Origin: Fonticula alba ATCC 38817
Lineage: Eukaryota; Protista; Nucleariida
Strand: one strand, 5' to 3'
NCBI GenBank assembly: GCA_000388065.2
Contig: KB932204.1
DNA length: 9,341 bases
The notes below the pieces were generated by a model. It was not told where the DNA came from. It saw nothing but the letters and a program-made list of their open reading frames with translations, and did not search any database. Each line of letters begins with the position of its first letter. Positions within the stretch are counted from its first letter, which is position 1. Both the position numbers and the translations under genes were made by a program. Below are positions 8,102 to 9,341 of the stretch, piece by piece.

Positions 8102-8447
8102 GGCACATGCAACACACCTGCCCGTCAGCGCCAGGGCTGGCCGGTGAGCTCCGCGCGCAGGGGCGCGGCCCCGCCCGGAGGCGCTGGCCCCCAGTCAAGG
8201 GCGGCGCCTCCGCTGGGGCACTCATGCGGGGGCGCGCACGCGCGCGCATACCCACCAGCACCCCGCGGCAAGGCTTCTTTTCCACAGGGCGGGGCCCCTG
8301 AGCCGGATTCCGGGCGAAGTGGCCCCGGACCGGTTGGCTGGGGCCCCGCGCCTGCGCCCGGCGGCGGCGTGCAGCCCGAGCGCCGGCCGCACTGGTCCCG
8401 TCGCGCGCGTGCGCCCCGATCGGGGCGCGTCGGACGCGGGCTCGACC

Positions 8448-8501
8448 GGGGGGGGGGGGGGGGGGGGGGGGGCGGGCCGCCCCCCCTTCCCCCCCCCCCC
8501 C
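8448..8501. repeat. G25 - 7-nt spacer - C7TTC13 inverted homopolymer pair
   Basis: G25 at 8448-8472 and the C-tract at 8480-8501 are directly visible. Confidence 0.9.
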
Positions 8502-8985
8502 GGGGGGGCGGCGGCCGGCCAGGGGGCCACTCCGGCCGCGCCCGGGCGGTTTCAACCTCGCCCCGCGTCGCTCCGGGTCTGGTCGGACCACGCCGACGCA
8601 CCGAGCCGCTTGAGACACGGGGGGTGCGGGGCCTGCCGACGATGAGGCAGAGGCATTCCGCCTCCGAGAGGCGGCCACGGCCGCCGTCCCGGTGCGGTGG
8701 CGGTCGGGGCCGGTTGTGGGCGAAAGGCCCGCCGGGGCCGGCCGGCGCGCCCTCCTCCTCGGGGGAGCGGGGGGGACGACGGCCGGCCGAGGGGCCTCTG
8801 CCCCGTCGCCGCTGCCCTTGCTGTTGCCGCACCGGCAGGAAGGCCTATCTAATCTCCGGGACACGGGGCGCGCGCGCGCGGCCGGGCGGCCACGGCCGCC
8901 ATAGCTTGAGGCCGAGTTGCGATGTATCTCCCGGGCCCTTGCCGCGCCAGCACGAGGGCGCCCAGGGGGCCGGCCCGACACGCCT

Positions 8986-9008
8986 CCCCCCCCCCCCCCC
9001 CCCCCCCC
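8986..9008 (+). repeat. C23 homopolymer
   Basis: Directly visible. Confidence 0.95.
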
Positions 9009-9188
9009 TGCGAGCTGGGGCGCGCGACCGGATGGAAGGAAGCCAAAGAGGGCGCGCACATTTTGTATGGCGCACCCCGGGCCGTAAGGCCGAGCGGGCG
9101 GTCGCCCGGGGACGCCGGGGCCGATTTTTCGGGGAAGCCCCCAAAATTCCGGGCATGTGACTTGCCCGGGCAGGTCAGCCCCATCGCC

Positions 9189-9197
9189 GCGCGAAAA
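9189..9197 (-). promoter_or_regulatory. E2F-consensus/SCB-like site (TTTTCGCGC; CGCGAAA on +)
   Basis: Exact match to E2F TTTSSCGC and yeast SCB CRCGAAA, in a non-coding-looking region. It is a single short site with no functional evidence. Confidence 0.3.
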
Positions 9198-9341
9198 CGT
9201 GGCCAGGTGCTCCGCCAAATGTGCCAGCCCCAGTTGGGCGCCGCCTGCGGCCGGCCCTCGCGAGAATGAGCATGGCTGTTGACCATTCCCCGGCCCCCGG
9301 CCCTCAAGGGCGCCGTTGCCACCGCGGCTGCCGCGGTGCAT

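Noticed and set aside
7856-9341. Long ORFs of 434 aa (+) and 481 aa (-) in the upstream region
   Set aside because: They are Arg/Gly/Pro-rich translations running through homopolymers and microsatellites, with no family motifs.
1-9341. CRISPR array, transposon, tRNA/rRNA or prokaryotic operon
   Set aside because: I found no spaced direct repeats, terminal repeats with a transposase or RT ORF, or recognisable structural RNA. All repeats are simple sequence.

Overview
Very GC-rich, intron-containing eukaryotic genomic DNA, not prokaryotic. Most of the window is one spliced minus-strand gene for a PDK1/Pkh/Ksg1-family AGC Ser/Thr kinase with a C-terminal PH domain. I reconstructed 11 coding exons and 10 GT-AG introns by hand; they join in frame from 7397 to the TGA at 2123-2125 (3720 nt, 1239 aa). 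The 5' end is uncertain, and an alternative poly-Ala first exon at 7718-7861 also splices in frame. Converging on it is the 5'-truncated last exon (46-1658, +) of an unidentified low-complexity protein. Bases ~7900-9341 look like a GC-rich upstream/intergenic region with homopolymers, palindromes and possibly the start of a divergent gene. The kinase looks fungus-like, the PH domain animal-like, and the DNA is rich in C/G runs. This suggests a unicellular opisthokont such as a Fonticula-like holomycotan, which is an unverified inference. I see no evidence of a new multi-gene system, mobile element, CRISPR array or RNA gene. The most unusual signals are a +4C splice-donor bias (9 of 10 donors), a ~60-aa Ser/Cys-rich insert in the kinase activation segment, a very long disordered N-terminus and strand-polarised homopolymer tracts. 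Most ORFs in the supplied track are GC-shadow artefacts.
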